Origin: a virus
DNA: 64,000 bases
Direction: 5' to 3' (one strand)
IMG/VR virus record: IMGVR_UViG_3300032240_002575
Coordinates: 1 to 64,000 of that record
Made by a program: the position numbers and the translations under genes. Shown here piece by piece: positions 9,347 through 19,038 of the stretch (position 1 is the stretch's first letter; every line of letters begins with the position of its first letter). The notes under the pieces were generated by a model, which did no database searches, had not been told where the DNA came from, and saw only the letters and a program-made list of their open reading frames with translations.

Positions 9347-11488
9347 TTAATTACATGACAAACACATGATATCATAAACAATAGTCAATTTAACAACTAT
9401 TTCTTGACCATTCAATGTATTATCACCTGGTTTTGTATTAATAATTATTTGATTATTTAACGAATCTATCGTCACTCCACCAATTCCTGGAATTGTTAAA
9501 AGTAAACTTTTAACCGTGTCGTAATACAAATTATCACTTGGAGCCATGACTAACGTTGTACCTGTGAAAAAGTTTTCACTTGTACTCAAACCTAAAGGGT
9601 TAACTGAAACTTCAACACCAAAAACCGCCGAAATTAAATCACAGTTTGTTTTGTCATTAGTCAAATCATTGAATCCTTCATTTAACATTTGAGTCAATCC
9701 ATACTTTGTTTGTGATTGTACCGTAAATTGGTCTCCAGCCATTACATATGTTTGATAAGATACATAAAGTGACTGACAATCTATTGTTGTACTTCTTGTT
9801 AAAGTACATCCATTTGAATCTACAACAGTTAAACTATATGTTCCACCTGTTAATCCTGAAACTTGGATTTCTTGTGGATTGTTTGGAACATTATTTGACC
9901 AAGAATATGTGAATGGTGGTTCTCCCGTTGATATGAGTGCCGTTAAAGTCCCATCAGAACCATTTCCACATGAGGTACTATACAAACTAAAATCTAAAGG
10001 TTGACTTTCTCCAACGTAAACTTGTGTTGTTTGACTACATCCCGTGAAATCGGTTACGGTAATTGTATGTTGACCTGATGCAACATTTGTAAATGTAACC
10101 GCTGACAATGTTGTATTCAAAACATTTTGAACTCCATCCAAAGAATAACTATATGGCGATTGACCTCCTGTTGTCTTTTGAACAAGAACGGTACCGTTAT
10201 TTTGATTACAAGTTGTCCCTGTTGTTTGTGTTGATATTTCAAAAGTATTGCTTGCAATTAACGTTATTTCATCCATATAAGAACATCCCGAAGAATCTTG
10301 CACTGCAACTCCGTATGTTCCTGAATAAAGATTACTAAATAGTTGGGCGGTTTGTGAATTTATTATATTCAAAGTACTACTATCAGGATAGATTAATGTA
10401 TAGGTATAAGGTGAAGTTCCACCAACAACCGAAATTTTAATAGAACCATTTGTACTTGAACATGTACTTCCTTGGCTTGTTATAGTAACAGATGCAAGAC
10501 CCAATGGAGTCAACAAACTTGTAGAAACTAAAATATTACAGAATGCAGAATCAGTTACCAAAACACTATAATCACCTGCGGACAATCCTGAAATCGACCA
10601 AGTCTTTGCATATTGTATTTGAACATTTCCTGTTGATGCAGAATAATAATATGGCGCAGTTCCACCTGTAATTTGAATCGTTAAAACACCATTATTTGAA
10701 AAACAAGTTGGTTGTATTGCTGTGAATGCTCCAAAACCTAAAACATCCACGTCTGAAACAACAGCGGTTTGTGTTAATGAACATCCCAAACTGTCAGTAA
10801 CTTGTACTGAATATGTTCCTGACGTTAAACCTGTAATACTACTCGTTGTAAAACCATTACTCCATAGATAGGTATATGGTGCAACACCTGTCTGTCCTGT
10901 AACAATTATCTTTCCAATTGGTGTGCCACCGCAACTCGAGTTCGGAACAATATATAATCCGTATTCGAACGGTTGACTATCTTCAACTATAAAGTTTGCA
11001 GTTTGACCGGTAGAACCACCCAAATCTTCAACAAGCATGAAATAAGTACCAGCGCTCAAGTTGTTAAAAACTACATTCGATGTATTTGTAATTGCAGAAG
11101 TGATATAAGTGTTATAACCAGAATACAAGTAAAAATTTGTTGTTGAGTAGTTTGAAGTTGATGTACCCGTAACTGAACCATTATCTAAAGCACATGTTGT
11201 GCTTTGAACCGCAACTATACTTCCACAGACTCCAGACGATACAGGTATGTTAATGTAAAATTCTTGGTTTGTGGGCAACGTACTGTCGTTAACCCTTACA
11301 CCATAAGTGTCCGCACTTAAACCAGTTCTGATTGATGGATTAAAAGTAACAACGTCTGAACCCAAGTTTGGACTAACCCATTCTACTGTATATGGTGGAG
11401 TACCACCATTTAAGGTTATTGAAATCGACCCTACATTTGTGTTAGTTGAGTCCCCTGTTACCAATATATTATACTGAAATGCTGACAT
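9347..11488 (-). CDS. SprB-repeat adhesin-like virion protein
   Basis: About 7 repeats of G.I.....GG..PYTY.WS.......L..GTY.V.V.D..GC, typical of Bacteroidota SprB repeats. Start at 11488 (MSAFQY) or 11500. Confidence 0.8.
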   Translation of the reverse strand: MSAFQYNILVTGDSTNTNVGSISITLNGGTPPYTVEWVSPNLGSDVVTFNPSIRTGLSADTYGVRVNDSTLPTNQEFYINIPVSSGVCGSIVAVQSTTCALDNGSVTGTSTSNYSTTNFYLYSGYNTYITSAITNTSNVVFNNLSAGTYFMLVEDLGGSTGQTANFIVEDSQPFEYGLYIVPNSSCGGTPIGKIIVTGQTGVAPYTYLWSNGFTTSSITGLTSGTYSVQVTDSLGCSLTQTAVVSDVDVLGFGAFTAIQPTCFSNNGVLTIQITGGTAPYYYSASTGNVQIQYAKTWSISGLSAGDYSVLVTDSAFCNILVSTSLLTPLGLASVTITSQGSTCSSTNGSIKISVVGGTSPYTYTLIYPDSSTLNIINSQTAQLFSNLYSGTYGVAVQDSSGCSYMDEITLIASNTFEISTQTTGTTCNQNNGTVLVQKTTGGQSPYSYSLDGVQNVLNTTLSAVTFTNVASGQHTITVTDFTGCSQTTQVYVGESQPLDFSLYSTSCGNGSDGTLTALISTGEPPFTYSWSNNVPNNPQEIQVSGLTGGTYSLTVVDSNGCTLTRSTTIDCQSLYVSYQTYVMAGDQFTVQSQTKYGLTQMLNEGFNDLTNDKTNCDLISAVFGVEVSVNPLGLSTSENFFTGTTLVMAPSDNLYYDTVKSLLLTIPGIGGVTIDSLNNQIIINTKPGDNTLNGQEIVVKLTIVYDIMCLSCN

Positions 11489-11490
11489 TA

Positions 11491-14472
11491 TTATGAACAA
11501 TTAATATTAATGTTTATTCCCACATTTAACGATATTGTATCAATTACATTTGAAGTCAAACACGCTAAATTTGTTACGGTTAATGTATTACCATTTAGGT
11601 AATATGTGTAGCCATAATTATACAATTGGGGTAAATAATTAATCAATGCATTTCTCCATTGTGTATTTGTTGGAACGTCTGACATTCCATAACCTGTATA
11701 AAAATATTCTTTAATTATTTGTTGTCCGTCAATCGTTAAATCAACATACCAATCAGTAAGGACAGAATTTTGTTGACATTGATTTAATGTTAAACCACTT
11801 TGAGCCAACATATTATTTACTCTGTTAACCAAAATACTACTGAAATTTGATACAGTTAAATCACCATTAAACCATGGATATATACTAAAATCAACGTATT
11901 CTGTGTTACATGTGTAATTAAAAATGTTTGATATTATAAAACAAGGTTCAACAGGTACAGGTATAAATTGACATCCTCTTTGTCGTCTGTAAACAAATTT
12001 TTGTTTGTTTAAGATTGAATTCTCTAATCTAACTCCTCCATTCCAAATCGTTGTTGCAGGTACCATTTGTTCAACAAGTTTTGTCCAATATGGGCCAATA
12101 CCATTCACATAATCAATTAACTTTTGATATGTGTATTTGTTGTTTGGTAATCCAACAGTTTGTTCTGATTCAATATATTTCCAAAATATCGATTGTAATG
12201 TTGGATAACCACCTGTCTTACCATCAGTTATATATTGTCTGTTTCTTGTATTAATCATGTTTTCCCAAAACGTTTGAGAAAATTCGAAGAACGTTTTTTT
12301 CTTTGGTTCAGGATTAATATATGTCCAATCAACTCCACCAGGAACTGGATAACCAACCGTCAATCCTGATTCAGGTATTGGATAATCATATTGTCTTGAT
12401 TGTACCCATACATCGTATAAAAGTCCTTGTGCAGGATTCATAAAAATGTCGACATTCTTAACATTCAAAACTAATTTTTCATTGTCTACAAAATAGTAAG
12501 CATTGTAATCACCTTGAGTTGATACTCTTATCTTGTCATCATCTGCTAACCATGATTTATTATTATCAACAACTTTTTCTAACTTGAATCCTTCATTTAT
12601 GTATGGGAACTGTCTGTATCGATTCAAATATGTTTGACCATAAGTAAATGGAGTTAGTTGTGTTTGGATATTATAATTTTGACCTGTATAAACATTTCCC
12701 GTAAGTTGAACTTCATCAGGACTTCTATGTTGTGATGTAGTTTCATACCAACCTGCACCAATTTGGAAAAAGAATGTTTCTGTGTTTGCAGGTGCTTTAG
12801 GGTATCCTTCGGCATCGATTGGGTAATCCGACAATCTTACATTAACACTTTGGTAAGTTGCTGATGATGTAAACGCAGTATATAAATGACCTTTAATTTT
12901 ATAAGTGTCACCAGGTAAATAAGCTGGTACAGTATCAACATAAGTTCCACCTGATATTTGCGCAAACTGTGTGTAGAATTGGTCGAGATTAATTTTTTGG
13001 TCGGCAAGGTAAATGTGTTCATTATATTCAATTAATGAATCAGGCGCACCAATCAATCTTAATAAAAACTCTATTGACCTTCTCGTCCCTTTTGATTTGA
13101 AAAGGTAAGAAGCATTCAAAATTAAATTTCTATAGTATGCATAGTTTAACTCTGTTGGTGTTAGAGCTCTTGCATAACCAGGATATGTTGGTGTTGACGT
13201 ATTACCAAATACTGAACTTAAAAAGTTTTCATTTGTGATTGGTGAAAAGTTTGATGACCAACCCAACGTTCTTGCCAAGTTAACCAATAATTCTGATGGT
13301 ATATCGTTTGATGGATTATAGTTAACAGAATTCATGTAAGCCAAACCATCAATGAATTGTTTTATTTGGTCAAAACTCCTACCATATATCTGAAATATTT
13401 TTTCAACTTTTTGTCCCAAAGTGTCGAATTCTTTCAAAGAATCCGTAATTAAAAATCTTGAAATCAAATTGGTTTTGAATGAATCCAAATTAACCGCAAT
13501 TTCTTGAATTTGTGTCAAATACTCATCAAAAAGAAATGAGCTGATGTCCAAATTCCATGGCCCTTGTTTTGGCCAAGTCACTTGTCTGTATTCCGTATAA
13601 ATTTGTCCGTATTCATTTTGTTGTGGGACTTGGAATGCCGCAGTATATTCAGGTCTAACCAATCTGTTAACCAAGAATTTTTCAACTTCATCAAATGATT
13701 CTTGGAAAACTTTATCAACAATATAATCATTTGGTCTGATTTGATAATCGTCAGTTATTGTTGTTGCACTTGTTCCAAAAGGAGCGCCCGAAACATAAAA
13801 TTGTAGGTAACCCAAAGATAGAGTTTCTGATGGAACAAACGATAGTACTTGATAAATGTTATCATTTATACTAACACAATAATCCAAGTAAGTGTTATAT
13901 AAGTTTCTGTATTGTGAAACTGTTATTTCCCTAACGGATAAGTTAGTTGCTGCACTTACAGAATAATCAATGTCAAATGGATTATTAAATCTGTCAACAT
14001 TAACTTTGAAATATGTTTCGTCTGTTTGTATATCATATGATATGTCGTACGCGGTAAAACCTGTATTGAACGAGTCGTTATTAAACATAACGTCTACAGA
14101 CGCAGGGAAATAATTAATAATTCTTGTAATTGAAACACTAAATCTTTTTGACAAGGAACCATACATCGAAAAGTTAAGAACTTGGGAAACATCGTAATTT
14201 GGATAAACTCGGAACTGTGTTGCAAGAATTGCCCTACTTTGTTCCAAACTATCAATGTTCATCATATCCAATGACATTGGTTCGGAGAATGCTCCTACGT
14301 TGAATGTTCTATTTACCTTTTCCGTAACTCCAGTTGTAAACTCGAAGTTACCTTGCGTAAGTCCTCCACCCTCAACAGTTTGTAATCCTACAATATTGTC
14401 GGAGAAGGTTCCCGCACCGTTTCCTGGTCTTGGTGGGTAAAAGTATTTAGTATTTTTTGTTGTTACCGCCAT
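11491..14472 (-). CDS. Baseplate wedge protein, P2 gpI / T4 gp7-like, with extensions
   Basis: Motif IPSELLVNLARTLGW...YRNLILNASYLFKSKGTRRSIEFLLRLIG resembles the P2 gpI-type core; lies in the baseplate cluster. Confidence 0.7.
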   Translation of the reverse strand: MAVTTKNTKYFYPPRPGNGAGTFSDNIVGLQTVEGGGLTQGNFEFTTGVTEKVNRTFNVGAFSEPMSLDMMNIDSLEQSRAILATQFRVYPNYDVSQVLNFSMYGSLSKRFSVSITRIINYFPASVDVMFNNDSFNTGFTAYDISYDIQTDETYFKVNVDRFNNPFDIDYSVSAATNLSVREITVSQYRNLYNTYLDYCVSINDNIYQVLSFVPSETLSLGYLQFYVSGAPFGTSATTITDDYQIRPNDYIVDKVFQESFDEVEKFLVNRLVRPEYTAAFQVPQQNEYGQIYTEYRQVTWPKQGPWNLDISSFLFDEYLTQIQEIAVNLDSFKTNLISRFLITDSLKEFDTLGQKVEKIFQIYGRSFDQIKQFIDGLAYMNSVNYNPSNDIPSELLVNLARTLGWSSNFSPITNENFLSSVFGNTSTPTYPGYARALTPTELNYAYYRNLILNASYLFKSKGTRRSIEFLLRLIGAPDSLIEYNEHIYLADQKINLDQFYTQFAQISGGTYVDTVPAYLPGDTYKIKGHLYTAFTSSATYQSVNVRLSDYPIDAEGYPKAPANTETFFFQIGAGWYETTSQHRSPDEVQLTGNVYTGQNYNIQTQLTPFTYGQTYLNRYRQFPYINEGFKLEKVVDNNKSWLADDDKIRVSTQGDYNAYYFVDNEKLVLNVKNVDIFMNPAQGLLYDVWVQSRQYDYPIPESGLTVGYPVPGGVDWTYINPEPKKKTFFEFSQTFWENMINTRNRQYITDGKTGGYPTLQSIFWKYIESEQTVGLPNNKYTYQKLIDYVNGIGPYWTKLVEQMVPATTIWNGGVRLENSILNKQKFVYRRQRGCQFIPVPVEPCFIISNIFNYTCNTEYVDFSIYPWFNGDLTVSNFSSILVNRVNNMLAQSGLTLNQCQQNSVLTDWYVDLTIDGQQIIKEYFYTGYGMSDVPTNTQWRNALINYLPQLYNYGYTYYLNGNTLTVTNLACLTSNVIDTISLNVGINININCS

Positions 14473-15380
14473 TAACCTGTGATTGTTGTGAAGTTTTTAC
14501 TAAAATCAATATTATTACCTCTACTCTGTCTAACTTCATACAACAATGCGTTGAATTGGTCTCTAATTTCGTACAAGTTGTATTGTCTGTAGATATTGTT
14601 TTGAGTATCGTAGATAGTGTAAATACCGTCATCAATAGATTTAGTTTGATTACCGTAAAGAGCAATAGCAAGAGATGAGACATCGTACTCAACCATATCA
14701 ATCTCCAATGTTATTGGATTGAAATATGTATTACTGATAATAATACTCTGATTTGGTTGACCAATAAATGGAGTTGCATTTGGTTTGTTAGTCGGTGACG
14801 ATGATGGTGATAAAGTCAAAAATATTAAATTTGAATTTCCATCAACATATCTATATCTAATTGATTTTTGTGTTGTGTTAATTTCGTTTGTCACAACAGG
14901 CTCACAGAAAAATGATGAAGTTACAACCCTAAAAAAGTTAGGAATTTTTGAACCATCAGCATTCAAGTATTCAACTCTAAATCCAACCAATCCTTGAGGA
15001 ACGAATTTGTTTTGATATTGAACGGGAACATTTGTTACATCAATAACAATCCCTTTTACGTTTGGTAATGCACTTAACACACCACAATCTGTAATCAATG
15101 TTCTTATTTGAGCTGGTCTCAAATAAAGTGTGTAAATTCCAATCGCATTAAATTGTTCTGCAGGTAAAGTTAAGTTATATAACCCTCCCAAAATTTCAAC
15201 ATTTGCATTACCCCCTGTTTGTGTATTATTAAAGTAAGGTTTCAACAATGTTTGAGCATCAAGTTCAGTTAGGACATAGTTATCTGTAACATCTCTTGAT
15301 GGTGTGTAATTCATTATTATTTGCACGTCTTCAGGTGAAACATCACTTGGTCGAATTGTGCCGTATGAACCGATTGCCAT
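14472..15380 (-). CDS. Conserved phage structural protein (baseplate cluster), function unknown
   Basis: 302-aa ORF; TAATG overlap with the downstream gene; TATTTAT upstream. Confidence 0.65.
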   Translation of the reverse strand: MAIGSYGTIRPSDVSPEDVQIIMNYTPSRDVTDNYVLTELDAQTLLKPYFNNTQTGGNANVEILGGLYNLTLPAEQFNAIGIYTLYLRPAQIRTLITDCGVLSALPNVKGIVIDVTNVPVQYQNKFVPQGLVGFRVEYLNADGSKIPNFFRVVTSSFFCEPVVTNEINTTQKSIRYRYVDGNSNLIFLTLSPSSSPTNKPNATPFIGQPNQSIIISNTYFNPITLEIDMVEYDVSSLAIALYGNQTKSIDDGIYTIYDTQNNIYRQYNLYEIRDQFNALLYEVRQSRGNNIDFSKNFTTITG

Positions 15381-15405
15381 AATTTCTTTTTATCTTATAA
15401 ATAGT

Positions 15406-16515
15406 TTAGTTCTTTTTTTCAACATTAAAAAATCCATAACCGTAGTTAATCATATCTCCAAGATTATCGACTTCTCCTAACCTCTGAATTCTTTCATATG
15501 CGGAGTTCTTTCCTCTTTCAATGAATATGCTCGATTGGATTTGTGCTTGGTCAACAACTTTTAACAATACTTCCTCTTTGGTGATTGGTGTTTGTGTTAA
15601 ATTGTTTTCGGTAAATCCTGATGATGGTTCAAAAAATATTGTTGTACCATCAACATAATCATAATAATTTACGTTGTTTATCGTATACGCTGTGTATATG
15701 GAATTCATATCTGTTATTATTCCCCAAATCTGTCCATTTTTAATTACAGGTGTTCCAACTTGGTATTTTACTGAACCATATAATGCCAAATCTGTTATAC
15801 TTGATTTTGTCAGTCCTGAAACCGTATATGGTACCGTAACGTAGTTAAACGATGTTTGAGCCGACACTTCATTAACCGCATCACCTGAAAATATGTAGTT
15901 ATAACTTACAGGAGTGTTAATCCAATTACCACCCGCAGGAATAAAAAACGCTTCACCATTTGGATTATTTATCACGACGTTTGAATATGGCGTAGTGATT
16001 GTTTTACTTACTCTTGTAACTCCCCAAGGATTTGTTTGTTCCAAAGTAATAACATATTGTGCGTTCGCCGTTGGGTAAGTATGACTTAACGAATTTGGTG
16101 TGTAAACTGAAATAGTTTGTTTTGGTGACCCGTCACCCCAATCTACTTTATATGCCGATAAGTCCAAAAATTTTTGGAACTCACTTGATGTATTGTAGAT
16201 ATTATAAACATACGGATTTGATGTGGTTGATGAAAAAATAAAATTGGCAACAACATCTTTTTGTAGTACCGCTCCATCGAATGGACTATAATATCCTGCA
16301 TCAACCGCAGTTTGAGTAATTAAAATTGGAATTGTTAAACCTGTTAATATTGAACTTCCGTTTGGCCCTGCAGACAAAACTTGTGTCATAGCAGAATAAA
16401 CACCAGTCGTTTCTCCTGTATAACTGGGTCCAACATTTTGACCTTGCATGTTAACCGTAAAAATATCACCCAATATTGTTTCAGGGGATACAACGAATCT
16501 ATAAAAATTTTCCAT
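15406..16515 (-). CDS. Structural protein with PKD-like domain
   Basis: KVDWGDGS...SHTY...YVITL is the PKD signature (W.GDG, HTY). Confidence 0.65.
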   Translation of the reverse strand: MENFYRFVVSPETILGDIFTVNMQGQNVGPSYTGETTGVYSAMTQVLSAGPNGSSILTGLTIPILITQTAVDAGYYSPFDGAVLQKDVVANFIFSSTTSNPYVYNIYNTSSEFQKFLDLSAYKVDWGDGSPKQTISVYTPNSLSHTYPTANAQYVITLEQTNPWGVTRVSKTITTPYSNVVINNPNGEAFFIPAGGNWINTPVSYNYIFSGDAVNEVSAQTSFNYVTVPYTVSGLTKSSITDLALYGSVKYQVGTPVIKNGQIWGIITDMNSIYTAYTINNVNYYDYVDGTTIFFEPSSGFTENNLTQTPITKEEVLLKVVDQAQIQSSIFIERGKNSAYERIQRLGEVDNLGDMINYGYGFFNVEKKN

Positions 16516-17357
16516 TATTTCGGATTAACATATTCATACCATTTTATGGGTACCACCGCACCCGCTCGCTCTCCGTTGTTACTATAAATTGTTTGATGTG
16601 GATTCAAATTGAACACTTGATAGTTTCTTTTATCGTAATCCAATTTAACCCTATAATAGAAATACTGTGTACTATCAAAATTAAATTTATCGCCAACAAT
16701 AGATGATTGAGGCATGTTCATCATTTTTGTGAAATAACCATTTTTTGCATCATAAAACTTTGCTGTCATATAGAATGTATCTATATCCAAAAAGTTTCTT
16801 TTCTTCAACCAATAAATAAAAAACCCTTCTTTATCACCAACATAATCAAGAACGAAATATGGTCTTTTGATATTAACCAATGTTCGTTGCATTTGAGCTT
16901 CCATTGTTAATCCTTGTTGTGTTGGTATTATAAGTGTGATGTAATTTGTTTGTCGTTTTTCATCAGGAGTATCATATAAATCCAATTTGAAAAATGAGTT
17001 TGAAAAGTTGTTTAAGTAGTAATAAATTTCAGTTGGTGTGAAACCTTCTGACATATAGTTATTTCTCCAATTTGTATCTGTATTCAATGAACCACCAGAA
17101 TAAAAATTAAATTCATATTGTATATCAGTAACTTCGTACTTGTTGTCACTAAATGGGTCAGTTATTGTAGTTGGTGCATGTGCAAACCTATCCACTTCAA
17201 AGTCACCATATTGTCCTGTGACCTTTTTAATTACTTCACCTTCATACTCATCAATACTTTGGTCCAAACCCAAATAATCCCAAGTAAGTTCAATTGGGAT
17301 TACCAATTGTTTGTTGGTAAATGTATCCTTCCTTATTTCAATTTTATTCACAGCCAT
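16515..17357 (-). CDS. Hypothetical virion/baseplate-associated protein
   Basis: 280-aa ORF, translationally coupled on both sides. Confidence 0.6.
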   Translation of the reverse strand: MAVNKIEIRKDTFTNKQLVIPIELTWDYLGLDQSIDEYEGEVIKKVTGQYGDFEVDRFAHAPTTITDPFSDNKYEVTDIQYEFNFYSGGSLNTDTNWRNNYMSEGFTPTEIYYYLNNFSNSFFKLDLYDTPDEKRQTNYITLIIPTQQGLTMEAQMQRTLVNIKRPYFVLDYVGDKEGFFIYWLKKRNFLDIDTFYMTAKFYDAKNGYFTKMMNMPQSSIVGDKFNFDSTQYFYYRVKLDYDKRNYQVFNLNPHQTIYSNNGERAGAVVPIKWYEYVNPK

Positions 17358-19038
17358 CGATTAAAGGTTTTACAGGGTATGAAACTCCAAGAATTGCGGA
17401 GTTATAGTTTATTCCTTCAGGAATTAATCTAAATTGAAATTCACTAAATGGATATTGGGCAAAGTTTAAGAAGGGATAATTTACTCCTCTTCCCAAATTA
17501 TCTTTGAAACCATAAGTATATAAATCCCTCCATCTAAATTGTTGGTCAGAATTAGAGAAGTAAGCGTAGCTTGGAATGCCATCTATAAATTGTACATCAC
17601 CAGTTTCAACATAATCCGAAAAAACTCTGATAGTCATAGATGAATGTGGTTGATAGTAAAATCCTGGTATATTTGTTGAAGGTGTTTTTACGGTTTTGAA
17701 GATGTTTTGGTTGTATTTTATTTTATGGAAATACGGTGATATAACTCTTTCAGCTTGGTCATAATCATTCCACTCACAAAAATCACCATCCATTGTGTCT
17801 CCTGACATTAAGTTTTGGTTGTAATAAAATGTTTTTGTTACACCACTTGTTTTTGTATAACTTAATGTTTGAATGTTTGTATTTGAATCAAGGTTTGTTG
17901 AATCCCACCAAAAGTTTGAGCTTTTTGTTATGTTAAATTTCCATCCTTGTTTCACACCAACACCATTTGTTGGTTCATTAAAATAACCTGTATAACCTTT
18001 GTTGATAATAGTCAAAAATAATTCACTTATTGGTCTTTTCTGATTATCTAATAATCCTTTCAAATCCAAATCTCGATTAACCGTTACACTAAATGAATTA
18101 CTACTAGTTTTTTGTGAAACTCTTGAAACATTATTTGGTGTTATTGAACTGTATTCGAATTTTTTTTCTTCCAAAAACACATTTTTTTCAAAAGCATTTT
18201 TTGTCATAACACAATCTTCAAGATTGGTTATAATTTTATGTTGTCTAACATAATATTTTGATTTTGTTTCCAAAATATTTTCAGGATTTGTAACACGTTT
18301 GAAGGTTCCTGTTACAGAATTTGCAAAAGTCGCGCCGGTGTATCCAACATTATAAATGTTAAAAACATATTCATCACTACCAAATTGACCGTTGCCCAAT
18401 GAAAACACTTGGAATAAATTTATCCCATTATAGTTAAATGAAAGTTCAACGTATTCTCCGACTGTCAAACCGTGAGGTGCAATACATTGAAATGCAACCA
18501 CATTACTACCATTTTGAACCAAGTTAGTAATCGAAAAAGGTATTCCGTCTGAAGCCTTCCAATTCAAACTTGTATTGTTCAAGTTATAATATAATTGTTT
18601 ATCATAGTCATTTTGATAAGCATAACTAACGTAATAAGTCCAATTGTATGTATAAGCACTTTTAGCTTGATAAAATATATGTTGGTCACTTACATCAGGT
18701 CTATAAAAGTCGAACTCGTAATATTGCGGAAAACCATACCAAGTATTACTTTGTTTTGAGTTGACAGGGTCTAAATAATATAAAGTATTTATAAATGGAA
18801 TATATTGGGTTGTACCACTATACGTATTCGAATAAAGATAGTTTATCTTAAATGTTGGTCTGAAGACTGTACAAGCTTGTCTTTCATCATCATAAAGTTG
18901 AGCTAAACTAATACTTTGACTACGAGCATATTCAGTCATTTCCTGACTTTGTTGTTCCAAAGATAAACTAATTTCTTGGTCAACAAATGGAGCCGACTTA
19001 TATCTTAAGTTACTTGGTATTATCGTATAGTTATTCAC
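17344..19038 (-). CDS. Hypothetical virion/baseplate-associated protein
   Basis: 564-aa Tyr/Asn-rich beta-type ORF overlapping its neighbours. Confidence 0.6.
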   Translation of the reverse strand: MNNYTIIPSNLRYKSAPFVDQEISLSLEQQSQEMTEYARSQSISLAQLYDDERQACTVFRPTFKINYLYSNTYSGTTQYIPFINTLYYLDPVNSKQSNTWYGFPQYYEFDFYRPDVSDQHIFYQAKSAYTYNWTYYVSYAYQNDYDKQLYYNLNNTSLNWKASDGIPFSITNLVQNGSNVVAFQCIAPHGLTVGEYVELSFNYNGINLFQVFSLGNGQFGSDEYVFNIYNVGYTGATFANSVTGTFKRVTNPENILETKSKYYVRQHKIITNLEDCVMTKNAFEKNVFLEEKKFEYSSITPNNVSRVSQKTSSNSFSVTVNRDLDLKGLLDNQKRPISELFLTIINKGYTGYFNEPTNGVGVKQGWKFNITKSSNFWWDSTNLDSNTNIQTLSYTKTSGVTKTFYYNQNLMSGDTMDGDFCEWNDYDQAERVISPYFHKIKYNQNIFKTVKTPSTNIPGFYYQPHSSMTIRVFSDYVETGDVQFIDGIPSYAYFSNSDQQFRWRDLYTYGFKDNLGRGVNYPFLNFAQYPFSEFQFRLIPEGINYNSAILGVSYPVKPLIDGCE

